A DNA stretch of 64,000 nt from Kiritimatiellia bacterium. Its GTDB lineage: Bacteria > Verrucomicrobiota > Kiritimatiellia > RFP12 > UBA1067. The position numbers and the translations under genes were made by a program. The notes beneath the pieces are model-generated. The model saw nothing but the letters and a program-made list of their open reading frames with translations. It was not told the DNA's origin and did not search any database. The stretch lies in NCBI GenBank assembly GCA_050949565.1, contig JBMNFY010000017.1, positions 1-64,000 of the forward strand. Direction: 5' to 3'. This document shows positions 41,501 through 50,440 of the stretch, in pieces (position 1 is the first letter of the stretch; each line of letters opens with the position of its first letter).

Positions 41501-43987
41501 GACCTGACAGGGCTTTCGGTCGCCAACCCGATCGCCTCGCGCACCTATGCCTTCTCGCTCGACACCGTCAACAAGCGCGTGCTCCTCACCGTCACCACGC
41601 AGCCGGGCCTCGGCGAAGCGATCTGGACGGCTGACAACGACGGTCTCTGGTCGCAGGGCCCGAATTGGCAGAACGGCACCGCACCGATCGCCATCGATAC
41701 GGCGGCGTTCTTTGCCAACGTGCTGTCGGAAGCGCGTACCGTCACGGTCGATACGCCGGCCACGCTGGGCGGCCTGGTTTTCGACGCCACCAACCGCTAC
41801 ACCGTTTCCGGCGGCGAGACTCTGACGCTCTCCGGCAGTGCTCCCCAGATGACCCTGATGCGCGGCGATCATGAGGTGTCCGCGCCGCTCGCGGTCGCCG
41901 GTGCCGCCGCCGTCTCGCTGGCACCCAACGGCAACACGCTCACCATTGCCGGATCGGTGACGGGCGATTCAGCCGCCCTCTCGCTCGATACGGCAGGTAC
42001 CTTGCAGGTCACAAACTGCGTGATCGACACCGCCCTGCTGGTCAATGCCGGCACAATGCGGCTGGAGGAAAACGCCGACATCAACGGCATCGTACGCGTC
42101 AATGACGGCGAAGTCCTCGCAACCGGTAATGCCACGCTCGACGGTGCCGTCGAACTTCCGCCCGGCAATCGCAGCCTGCGCGCCAACAGCGGCGCGACCC
42201 TGACGGTCAACGGCACGGTAGTCGGCGTAGGCACCCTCGTCAAGGATGGCGGTGGCGGCACGCTGGAACTCACGGCGGCCAACACCCACGCGGGAGGAAC
42301 CCGCGTCTCAAACGGCACACTCGCTCTGCGCGGAAACGGCACTCCGGGCCGTGGCGATCTGACGATGGCCGGCGGGCTGCTCGCCACGCTTGGCAGCGCG
42401 CCTGTCGCGTTCGACACGGCAATCGGCTTCGTTAACAACACTACCGTGGACACCACCGCGCCGCTCACCACCGGCGGCGCGCTCGCCATGCCCGACCCGC
42501 GCGCGCTGACGAAGCGCGGAACCAACGTCTGGTCGATCGGCGGCACCCTGTTCGGCTCACATGCCAGCTATCGCTTCTATCTGCGTGATGGTACTGTGCG
42601 CTTTGCGCCCGGCAGCCGATTCACGATGGACACGCCCGGCCTAAACCTGCGCAACCAATTCGACGCCACCAGTTCGTATGAGGGTAGCGCTCTGGGACTG
42701 ATCATCGAGCCGGACGCCGAGGTCACGTTCGGTGGATTGGGCGTGCAGTTCAACACCACGGCACCCGCCGGCACCTTCGACATGGTCATGAACGGCGGAC
42801 GCCTGACGCTGACCGGCACCAATCCGTTGGGGTTCGGCGATGTTGCAAACATGGCAATTTCCGTTGTCTGCAACGATGGCGAATTCGTGACCCTCCGTGA
42901 TGACGCATGGTGCGACATCGGTACGCGCAGTCCGGTCGATTGGACGCTGAACGGCGGACTCGTCTCGCTGGGCCGTCCAGCTTTCGGACGCATGAACGAC
43001 TCCGGTGCTGGCCGTTTCTACGGGCGCGTCAACTTGACCATCCACGGCGGCACATTCGAGGCGCGTGAATTCTTCTCGTGGAAGAGCACCGATTACGCCT
43101 ACATGACGAACATCGTCATGCTGGGCAACGGCACGCCACTACAAGGCCGTTTCAGCATCCCGGCCACTAAACGATATCACAGCGGCGGCCGCGTCTTCCT
43201 GAACCTGAACGGCGGCGTGCTTGAAACGCGAGGGCTCTGCTCAGCGGTCGCGAACCTCAATGGCTCCTCGGACGATTATCTGTACGGTGTCAACGAGCTT
43301 ACCGTGCTGACCGGCGGCGCGGTGATCGACACGCTGACCAATAGCGTGGCGATCCGCCAAACGTTCACGGCAGGAGCCGAAGGTGACGGCGGCGTGACCA
43401 AGCTGGGCAGCGGCACGCTTACGCTGGTCGAAGATGTCGCGCTCACCGGACGCGTCCACGTTGCCGAGGGCACGCTCGACGCAGCATTTACAACGACACC
43501 CGATCTGGCTGTCGGTGCGACCGGTGTGCTTGACCTCGGGCAAAACGTCGGCGCCGCGCGCTTTACGCATGTCACGGGCACCGGCACGGTCACCAACGGC
43601 AACTTCACCGTCGCCGGGTCGCTGAGCGCTGGCGACGCGCCGGGAGAAATCGGTGTCTTCCATGCCGAAACGTTGGCTTTTGAAAACGGCGTGACGCTGT
43701 ACCTCGACTGGTCCGAGGCCGCCAACGATCTCTTCGCGGTCAGCGGAACGCTCACCGGCGCATCCGGCGGCACCATCGACTTTGGCCGCGAGGAAGGCGA
43801 TGCGATCCCGGTACCGATGACGACCGTGATCGGCACGTACGGCAATTTCAACGGCGGCTTCCGCGGCTGGAAAGTGCGCAACGCCGGTCTGCCGCCGCGT
43901 GTGGGCCTCTCTGCGCGCATCACGGCGGAGGACGGCGTGGTGACGCTATCCATCGCCAATAGCGGCCTGATTATGTTGTTGCGGTAA
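35521..43987 (+). CDS. Giant secreted autotransporter-associated beta-strand repeat protein (about 2820 aa; one frameshift at about 37117)
   Basis: Signal peptide followed by AERTWTGAG; repeated GGLTKRGAGSLT/GGLVKTGSSTLAL units; ends NSGLIMLLR. ORFs 35521..37179 and 37097..43987 fuse (IHIP-VGGY) if one A is removed. Confidence 0.9.
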
Positions 43988-44001
43988 ATCGGAGATCAAA
44001 C

Positions 44002-45147
44002 ATGAAGAAACTGATTCAGATGATGACGGTAGTTGCGATGATCGCGGGAACGACTGGAGCCAAGGAGTGGCCCGGATTCACGCGGGGCATGGGCATCGGC
44101 GGATGGCTCACGAACTACAAGCGGTTTAATGTGCTGCCGCAACACCACCGCCTGCCGATCACGATCGGCGACCTGGAACACTTCGACACGTATATCACGG
44201 AGAAGGACATCGCGTACATCCGTGAGATGGGGTTCGATCATGTCCGCCTCGGCTTTGACCAGATCGTTCTGGAGGAGGCACCCGGCAAATACCGCGAGCG
44301 GACGTTCAAGAAGTTGGACGACTTTGTGGGGTGGTGCGAAAAGCACAATCTCAATATGGTGCTGAACATGCACAAGGCCGTGGGCAACTATTGCGACATC
44401 CCCGAGAAGGTGAAGCTCATCGACGACAAGGGACTTCAGGATCGATTCGTGGCGGTGTGGCTCGAAATCGAGCGTCGCTTCCATGACAAGCCTGCAATCG
44501 CGTTCGAGTTGCTGAACGAAGTCGTAAACGTGGATCCCGAAAAGTGGAACGCGCTTGCAGACCGCACACTGAAGGAACTTCGCGCACAGAATCCAGACCG
44601 CTGGATCGTGATCGGATCGACCTGCTGGAATTCAGCGGGCACGCTCTCCAAACTCAAAGTCTGGGATGACCCCAAGGTGGTTTACACATTCCACATGTAT
44701 GCGCCGCATGAATTCACACACCAGCGCGGTGTGCTCCAGGCCGGCCCGCTCTACTACAACCGCGTCATGGAGTATCCGACCACGGATGTCGAGCGTTATC
44801 GCGACTACAACCGGCTGCACGGCTCCAAGGACGGCGGCTACACGGGCGTGACCGCGATTGATCGGAATTTCATAAAAGGGTGCCTGCATGGCGCGCTCGA
44901 ATTCGTAAAGAAACATCCCGACAAGATTCTCTGGAACGGCGAGTTCGGCACAATCCGCCATGCGCCGCCGGCATCGCGCGTTGCCTACATGCGCGACATC
45001 GTCTCGATCTGTAAAGAGGCCGGCATTCCGTGGTGCGTGTGGAACTACCTCTCCACACCGAACGACGGCAACCGTTTCTCACTCGTAGACGACGACAACC
45101 GCAAAATCCTCTCCCCCGAGTTGCTCAAAGCCTGCTTGGGAGAGTAA
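44002..45147 (+). CDS. Glycoside hydrolase family 5 (cellulase family), secreted
   Basis: GFDHVRL, ELLNE (acid/base), FHMY, GEFG (nucleophile), VWNY. Confidence 0.92.
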   Translation: MKKLIQMMTVVAMIAGTTGAKEWPGFTRGMGIGGWLTNYKRFNVLPQHHRLPITIGDLEHFDTYITEKDIAYIREMGFDHVRLGFDQIVLEEAPGKYRERTFKKLDDFVGWCEKHNLNMVLNMHKAVGNYCDIPEKVKLIDDKGLQDRFVAVWLEIERRFHDKPAIAFELLNEVVNVDPEKWNALADRTLKELRAQNPDRWIVIGSTCWNSAGTLSKLKVWDDPKVVYTFHMYAPHEFTHQRGVLQAGPLYYNRVMEYPTTDVERYRDYNRLHGSKDGGYTGVTAIDRNFIKGCLHGALEFVKKHPDKILWNGEFGTIRHAPPASRVAYMRDIVSICKEAGIPWCVWNYLSTPNDGNRFSLVDDDNRKILSPELLKACLGE

Positions 45148-45445
45148 GGGGATTGGGTTCAGGTTTCTGGCTTTATCCAAATCGGGATCGCTATCGGGAT
45201 CGGGATCGAAATCGATTGTTGCGACCAGATAGTGGCTCGCAACGACGCGTGTAAAGACGCGGCAGCGTGACCGCCACCGGGCAAGCAGACGCTTGCCGCT
45301 CCCGGCGCTTCGCGAGCCCGATCATAGACTGGCGGGGCGAATGTTCCCACGAGCCGCCATCCAAATCATTTTCCTTGGCGGTTCAAAACTTTCAACGTTC
45401 AACTTTCACCGCTCAACTCTCAAGTATGCGGGTGGGGGCACCCGC
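45148..45445. repeat. Nest of mini-repeats between convergent genes
   Basis: 6-mer run ATCGGG(n), multi-hairpin element 45233-45320, REP-like 45330-45358, and a 7-mer TTCAACG-type run at about 45382-45424. Confidence 0.75.
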
Positions 45446-46315
45446 TTATTCGAAGGTCGGCAGGTCGCCGATTGCGTCGAAGGGGACGGGCGTGATCTTG
45501 AGCCAGCGGCAGGCCTCTTCGGGCGGGCCGTCCTCATGCTCGAAAAGGTGACGCCAGCGTTTCTGGAAGAGCAGGCCGTTGCGAACGACGACTGCGGCGT
45601 TGCGAACGGTCGGCGTACCTTGCGTGGTGACGCTCTCGAAGTGGTACATCTCCACATCCGACGTGTAGACTGCGGCATGACCGGCTTCGCGCAATCGGTA
45701 GACCAAGTCGAAATCCTCGAACTGTACCGGATGGAAGGCCTCGTCGAAACCGCCATGCAACTGCAACAGTTCGGCAGGGATCATCAGACAGGCGCTGATC
45801 AAGCACTGGACCTCCTCGAGTCGCGCGAAGCGCGGATCGTCGATCGGCGCGCCACGACCGCGGAAGCAGACGTGCCCGCGGCGCGAGATGCCGACGCCGG
45901 CGCACTGGATCGGGTAAGGCGCCCAAGGATAGACCATCTTGGCGCCTGCCATGCCGACGCCGGGACGGGATTCGAGTGCCGCGCGCAGCCCCTGCATCCA
46001 ACGTCGTGTACGCGGTGCCACGTCGTTATCGACAAACACGAGATGCGTGCCACGCGCCACGGCCACCGCGCGGTTGCGCGCAAAGGAGCAGCCGATGTTA
46101 CCGGGATTGTGCAGCACGGTGACCGGTACGCCGTGCGCCGCGCCCAACGCGACCAGTTCGGTGTCGCACCATTCCGCGCTGCCGTCGGTCGAGCCGTTAT
46201 CGACAACGATCATCTCCCACGGGGCATCGACGAGCGTGTCCGTCAGCAGTGCCGAGAGGCAGCGCCGCGTGCAGGCTAGCTTGTTGTGCGAAAGGGTGAT
46301 CAGCGAGTAAGTCAT
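45446..46315 (-). CDS. Glycosyltransferase family 2
   Basis: VVDNGSTDGS, ARN, FVDND, GGFDE, EDFDL, HFES. Confidence 0.93.
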   Translation of the reverse strand: MTYSLITLSHNKLACTRRCLSALLTDTLVDAPWEMIVVDNGSTDGSAEWCDTELVALGAAHGVPVTVLHNPGNIGCSFARNRAVAVARGTHLVFVDNDVAPRTRRWMQGLRAALESRPGVGMAGAKMVYPWAPYPIQCAGVGISRRGHVCFRGRGAPIDDPRFARLEEVQCLISACLMIPAELLQLHGGFDEAFHPVQFEDFDLVYRLREAGHAAVYTSDVEMYHFESVTTQGTPTVRNAAVVVRNGLLFQKRWRHLFEHEDGPPEEACRWLKITPVPFDAIGDLPTFE

Positions 46316-46316
46316 T

Positions 46317-47288
46317 TCAGCCCATCCACTCACGGGCCAGCGCCAGAATGTCGTCGTAAGCGGGGAGACAGGCGGCCTCAAGGTTTTTGGCTGACGGAAT
46401 GGGGAAGTCAGCGCCCGCGATGCGGCGCACCGGTTTCTCCAGATACTCGTGGGCGTGCTCCATGATTTGCGCGGCGATCTCGGCCGCGAATCCGCCGGTC
46501 TTGGGGCCCTCCTCCAGAATCATGACGCGGCCGGTGCGGCGGGCCGACTCAGCCAGTGTGTCGATGTCCAACGGACAGAGCGTGCGCAGGTCGATAACCT
46601 CGGCATCGATGCCCTCAGCCGCCAGTTGCGCGGCAGCCCGCTCGGCTATAAAGGCTTGGTGCGACCAGGCGACGATCGTGAGGTCCTCCCCCTCGCGGGC
46701 GACACGCGCAAAACCGAACGGCAACGGTGTCGGCAGGTCGTCTTCTACATCAAAACGTTGCGGGTAGAGCAGTTTGTGTTCGAGGAACAGGACCGGGTTG
46801 TTGTCGCGGATCGCGGTTTGCAACAGCGCGGAGGCGTCGGTGGCGTTTGAGGGTGCCGCGATCTTGATGCCCGGGACACCGGCAAAGAGGCGTTCGAGCG
46901 ACTGCGAATGCGTAGCACCGTAACCGCGACCGCCGCCGGGTGGGGTGCGGATGACGAGCGGACAGGGACGACCGTAGATCGGATGGAGCTTAGCAGCCAT
47001 GTTGACAAGCTGATCGACGGCCAACGTGATGAAATCCATGAACATGATTTCGATCACGGGCCGCTGCCCCGCGACTGCCGCACCGATCGCGACGCCGGTC
47101 AGCGCCTGTTCCGAGATCGGGGTGTCGCGTATGCGCTCGGGACCGAACTCGTCGATCAGTCCGCGCGTCACGCCAAAGGAGCCGCCGTAGACGCCGATGT
47201 CTTCGCCCATCAGGAAGACCGAGGGATCGCGCCGCAGTTCAGCGGCCAGTGTTTCGCGAATGAGTTGTGTGAAGGTGACAGAACGCAT
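46317..47288 (-). CDS. TPP-dependent 2-oxoacid/acetoin dehydrogenase E1 beta subunit
   Basis: MGEDIG, DTPISE, EIMFMDF, HSQS, IDLRTL. Confidence 0.95.
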   Translation of the reverse strand: MRSVTFTQLIRETLAAELRRDPSVFLMGEDIGVYGGSFGVTRGLIDEFGPERIRDTPISEQALTGVAIGAAVAGQRPVIEIMFMDFITLAVDQLVNMAAKLHPIYGRPCPLVIRTPPGGGRGYGATHSQSLERLFAGVPGIKIAAPSNATDASALLQTAIRDNNPVLFLEHKLLYPQRFDVEDDLPTPLPFGFARVAREGEDLTIVAWSHQAFIAERAAAQLAAEGIDAEVIDLRTLCPLDIDTLAESARRTGRVMILEEGPKTGGFAAEIAAQIMEHAHEYLEKPVRRIAGADFPIPSAKNLEAACLPAYDDILALAREWMG

Positions 47289-47327
47289 GACAGTCTCGAA
47301 ATAGAGGGTGAAGATTAAGACAGCGGG

Positions 47328-48272
47328 TTAAGCGAACAGATCCTCCTGCAACGAGGCCGGGTCCGGCAGCGGGGAGGATTCCGCGAAACGGATCGCGTCA
47401 TCGACGCATGCCTGAGCTTTTTCGCGCAGAGTCTTTGCGGTGGCGTCGGTGAGCGTTCCGTCGGCTTTGAGGCGCGTCTCCAGCCGCAGGATCGGGTCAT
47501 TCTCCCATGCGGCGGCCTCTTCTTCCCGCGACCGGTAAACACGCGGATCGCCGCGCGAATGGCCCGACAACCGGTAGGTGACGCACTCCAGCAACACTGG
47601 GCCTTGTCCGGCACGACAAACGGCCGCGTGCTGTGCCACGCAATCGCGCACAGCGAAAAAGTCATTGCCGTCCACACTGACACCCGTGATGCCATACGCG
47701 CTGGCGCGATCGGCAATGTGTGGGTTCGCCAGACCGCGCGCGGTAGGCGTGGACATGGCATAACCGTTGTTTTCAACCACAAAGAGGACAGGGAGTTTCC
47801 AGAGCGCAGCGAGGTTGAGCGTTTCGTGAAAGACGCCTTGGTTAGAGGCGCCGTCACCGAAAAAGCAGACGGTGACGCGACCGGTGTCGCGCAGCTTCGC
47901 ATCAAGCGCGACGCCGGTGGCGAAGGGGATGCTGCCGCCGGTGATGCCGTTCGCGCCGAAAAAGCCGATGGAAGGATCCATCATCATCTGGCTGCCGCCT
48001 CGGCCGCGCGAGTACCCCGTTTCGCGTCCGAAGAGTTCGGCCATAACGCGTTTGGGATCGGCACCGCGCGCCAGAAAGTGGCCGTGTCCACGGTGCGTGG
48101 TGGTCATGGCGTCACGCGTCTCGAGCGCCGCAGCCGTGCCGACAGCCACGGCTTCCTGCCCGATGCAGGTGTGTGCGGTGCCCATGATGCGTCCTTCAAG
48201 GAACAGACGCTCGATCGCCTCTTCAAAGAGGCGGATCATGCACATCAACGAATAAGCTTGAATGGTATCCAC
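47328..48272 (-). CDS. TPP-dependent 2-oxoacid/acetoin dehydrogenase E1 alpha subunit
   Basis: GQEAVA, THRGHGH, TPP motif GDGA...ENN, YRLSGHS..D..YR. Confidence 0.95.
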   Translation of the reverse strand: MDTIQAYSLMCMIRLFEEAIERLFLEGRIMGTAHTCIGQEAVAVGTAAALETRDAMTTTHRGHGHFLARGADPKRVMAELFGRETGYSRGRGGSQMMMDPSIGFFGANGITGGSIPFATGVALDAKLRDTGRVTVCFFGDGASNQGVFHETLNLAALWKLPVLFVVENNGYAMSTPTARGLANPHIADRASAYGITGVSVDGNDFFAVRDCVAQHAAVCRAGQGPVLLECVTYRLSGHSRGDPRVYRSREEEAAAWENDPILRLETRLKADGTLTDATAKTLREKAQACVDDAIRFAESSPLPDPASLQEDLFA

Positions 48273-48360
48273 GAAGTTCCCCTCCCCCGGTAAAATACGC
48301 CTTCACCTTACCACACCCTGTCTGGGGGGCAAAGAGCAAATTTATTGAGGTTGCGCAGGC

Positions 48361-49814
48361 GCGGTATGTCATAGTCATGGACACCGTAGCCAAAATCGCG
48401 GTGTCCGGAAATCAAGCGCATCCGTCAAATACTGGACACCGTGCTAGAATCGGCTCGCATGAGAAACGAGATGTCACGGAAAGCCACGATGGAATACGTC
48501 GGCGCGAAGCGTCGCGCCTATTCAAAACTGAAGAGCAAGAAGGCCAAGAGTGCCGCGATCGACGACTTCTGCCAGGTCACGGGGGCCGAGCGCAAATACG
48601 CCATCCGGCTGCTGACCGGCAACCGGAAGTACCGCGATCACGCCGGGCGCGGGAAGACGTACACGCCCGGGGCGGAAGCCCTGTTCCTGCGTCTCTGGCG
48701 CGCCTCGGGACGCATGACGCCCCAGTACCTTGTGACCGTGGCGGACCGCCAGATGGCCGCGCTGCGCGAGCTCGAGCATGTCGACGAGGCGGCCGCGGCG
48801 CAGGTTCTGCGCATGAGCGCGTCGACGATGGAGCGCATCCTCCGCAAGCACCCGCGCGAGGCCCCGCGCCGCCGCAACCGCCGCAGCGGGGCGAACGCGC
48901 TGGCGTCGAGCGTCCCCTGCGTCCCGGGCGAGGCGCTGCCGCCCGCCGCCCCCGGCGACACGCAGGTCGACACGGTCGCGCTCTGCGGGGGCGACATGAG
49001 CGGCAACTTCTTCTGGATCCTCACGCTCACGGACCGCCTGACGCAGTGGACGGAGCTGCGCTGCGTCTGGAACCGCGGCGCGGCCGCGACCAAGGAAGGC
49101 CTCGCCGACGCCGAGGCCGCGTTCCCGTTCCCGCTCACGGCCATGCACTCGGACAGCGGGCTGGAGTTCCTCAACGCCCACGTGCTCGGCTACGCGCGGG
49201 ACCGCCCCCGCCCCTCGCCTTCACCCGTTCCCGCCCCGGGAACAAGAACGACAACGCCCGCGTGGAGCAGAAGAACGCCTCCGTCGTCCGCGAGTATTTC
49301 GGCTACGAGCGCATCGACCGCCTCGAGCTCAAGAAGGACATGGACGTCCTGTGCGCGAAGATATCGCTGTACAACAACCTCTTCCGCCCCTGCAAGCGGC
49401 TCATCTCCAAAACCAAAAGGCCGGACTCGCACGGCTTCTCCAAGCGTTACGACAAGCCCGCCACGCCCCTCGACAGGGTGATTGCGTCGGGATACGCGGA
49501 CCCCGCCGTGATCCGGCGTCTTACCGCGCTCCGCGAAAAGACCAATCCGATCCGCCTCCTTGAGGACATCCGCCGCCGATACGCGCTGATCCTGCGCAAG
49601 CAGAACAAGCTCGCCAAACGCGAAGCGCAAGGGATGACCACCCCGGGTTCCGCGCCCTGTCCCGCCGGAATACCGGCGGGACAGGGCGCGGAACCCGGCC
49701 ACCCTTCACGCCGTTGACCAGCCCCTCGTCCCTTGACCCCCTCGGTGTCCAGTATTTGACGGATCGTCACCGCCTCAAAAAAACCTACGGTGTCTTTTCT
49801 ATTTGACGGACCGC
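48361..49814 (+). mobile_element. Insertion sequence (rve/DDE transposase, ISNCY/IS481-like)
   Basis: Perfect 22-bp inverted repeat at 48420-48441 and 49743-49764, plus an imperfect outer pair at 48361-48389 and 49785-49814. Exact ends are uncertain and no target duplication was recognised. Confidence 0.8.
48459..49717 (+). CDS. Transposase (integrase core), frameshifted at about 49210
   Basis: RKYAIRLL, QVDTVALCG, TLTD..TQWTE and HSDSGLEF in one frame; FTRSRP.NKNDNARVEQKN in the other. The junction lies in C-runs. Confidence 0.88.
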
Positions 49815-49836
49815 GGAGAGGGTATCCACTCTCGCT

Positions 49837-49865
49837 TTGACTGCGACGGTGCCCGGCAGTATCCT
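49837..49865 (+). promoter_or_regulatory. Putative promoter of trmL (possibly leaderless)
   Basis: TTGACT-N17-TATCCT, 6 nt before ATG 49872; no Shine-Dalgarno. Confidence 0.6.
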
Positions 49866-49871
49866 GTACGC

Positions 49872-50336
49872 ATGACAACTCCGCTCCATCTTGTGTTGGT
49901 CAAACCGCAGATTCCGCATAACACCGGTGCGATCGGGCGCCTCTGTGTGGGGCTCGACTGCACGCTGCATCTCATCCGTCCGCTGGGCTTTCATCTTTCT
50001 GACGAGTATATCCGGCGCGCGGGGCTGGACTACTGGCAGCACCTGCGCCTGACCGTACACGATTCGTGGTCGGCGTTCCTCGCCGCCGTGCAGCCGCCGC
50101 GCCTCTTTTTCCTCAGCACGCACGGCACGCGCACGCTCTTTGACTGCTCCTTCCAGCCGTATGATGCGCTGGTTTTCGGCAACGAGGGGTCTGGCCTGCC
50201 GCCCCACTTTTACGACGATTATCGCGACCGCCTCGTCACTCTGCCCATGCCCGGCCCGCATGCGCGCAGCATCAATCTCGCCAATGCCGCGGCCGCCGCT
50301 GCATACGAGTTCTACCGGCAGGTGGGCCGCGCGTAG
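49872..50336 (+). CDS. trmL: tRNA (cytidine/uridine-34 2'-O)-methyltransferase
   Basis: PQIPHNTGAIGRLC, PLGF, RRAGLDYW, FGNEGSGLP, RSINLAN. Confidence 0.94.
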   Translation: MTTPLHLVLVKPQIPHNTGAIGRLCVGLDCTLHLIRPLGFHLSDEYIRRAGLDYWQHLRLTVHDSWSAFLAAVQPPRLFFLSTHGTRTLFDCSFQPYDALVFGNEGSGLPPHFYDDYRDRLVTLPMPGPHARSINLANAAAAAAYEFYRQVGRA

Positions 50337-50440
50337 CGTTGTTGGGCGCAGACTTGACGAGCAAAGCGCATGCCGACTGCTCCCAGTCGGACGCGAACGT
50401 CCGGAAATCCGCTGCGTCAAGGGGGCGGTTCACCGCCATG

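Noticed and set aside
48335-48375. dif/xrs-like target next to the IS
   Set aside because: Only a loose resemblance, and the spacing does not fit 11-6-11.
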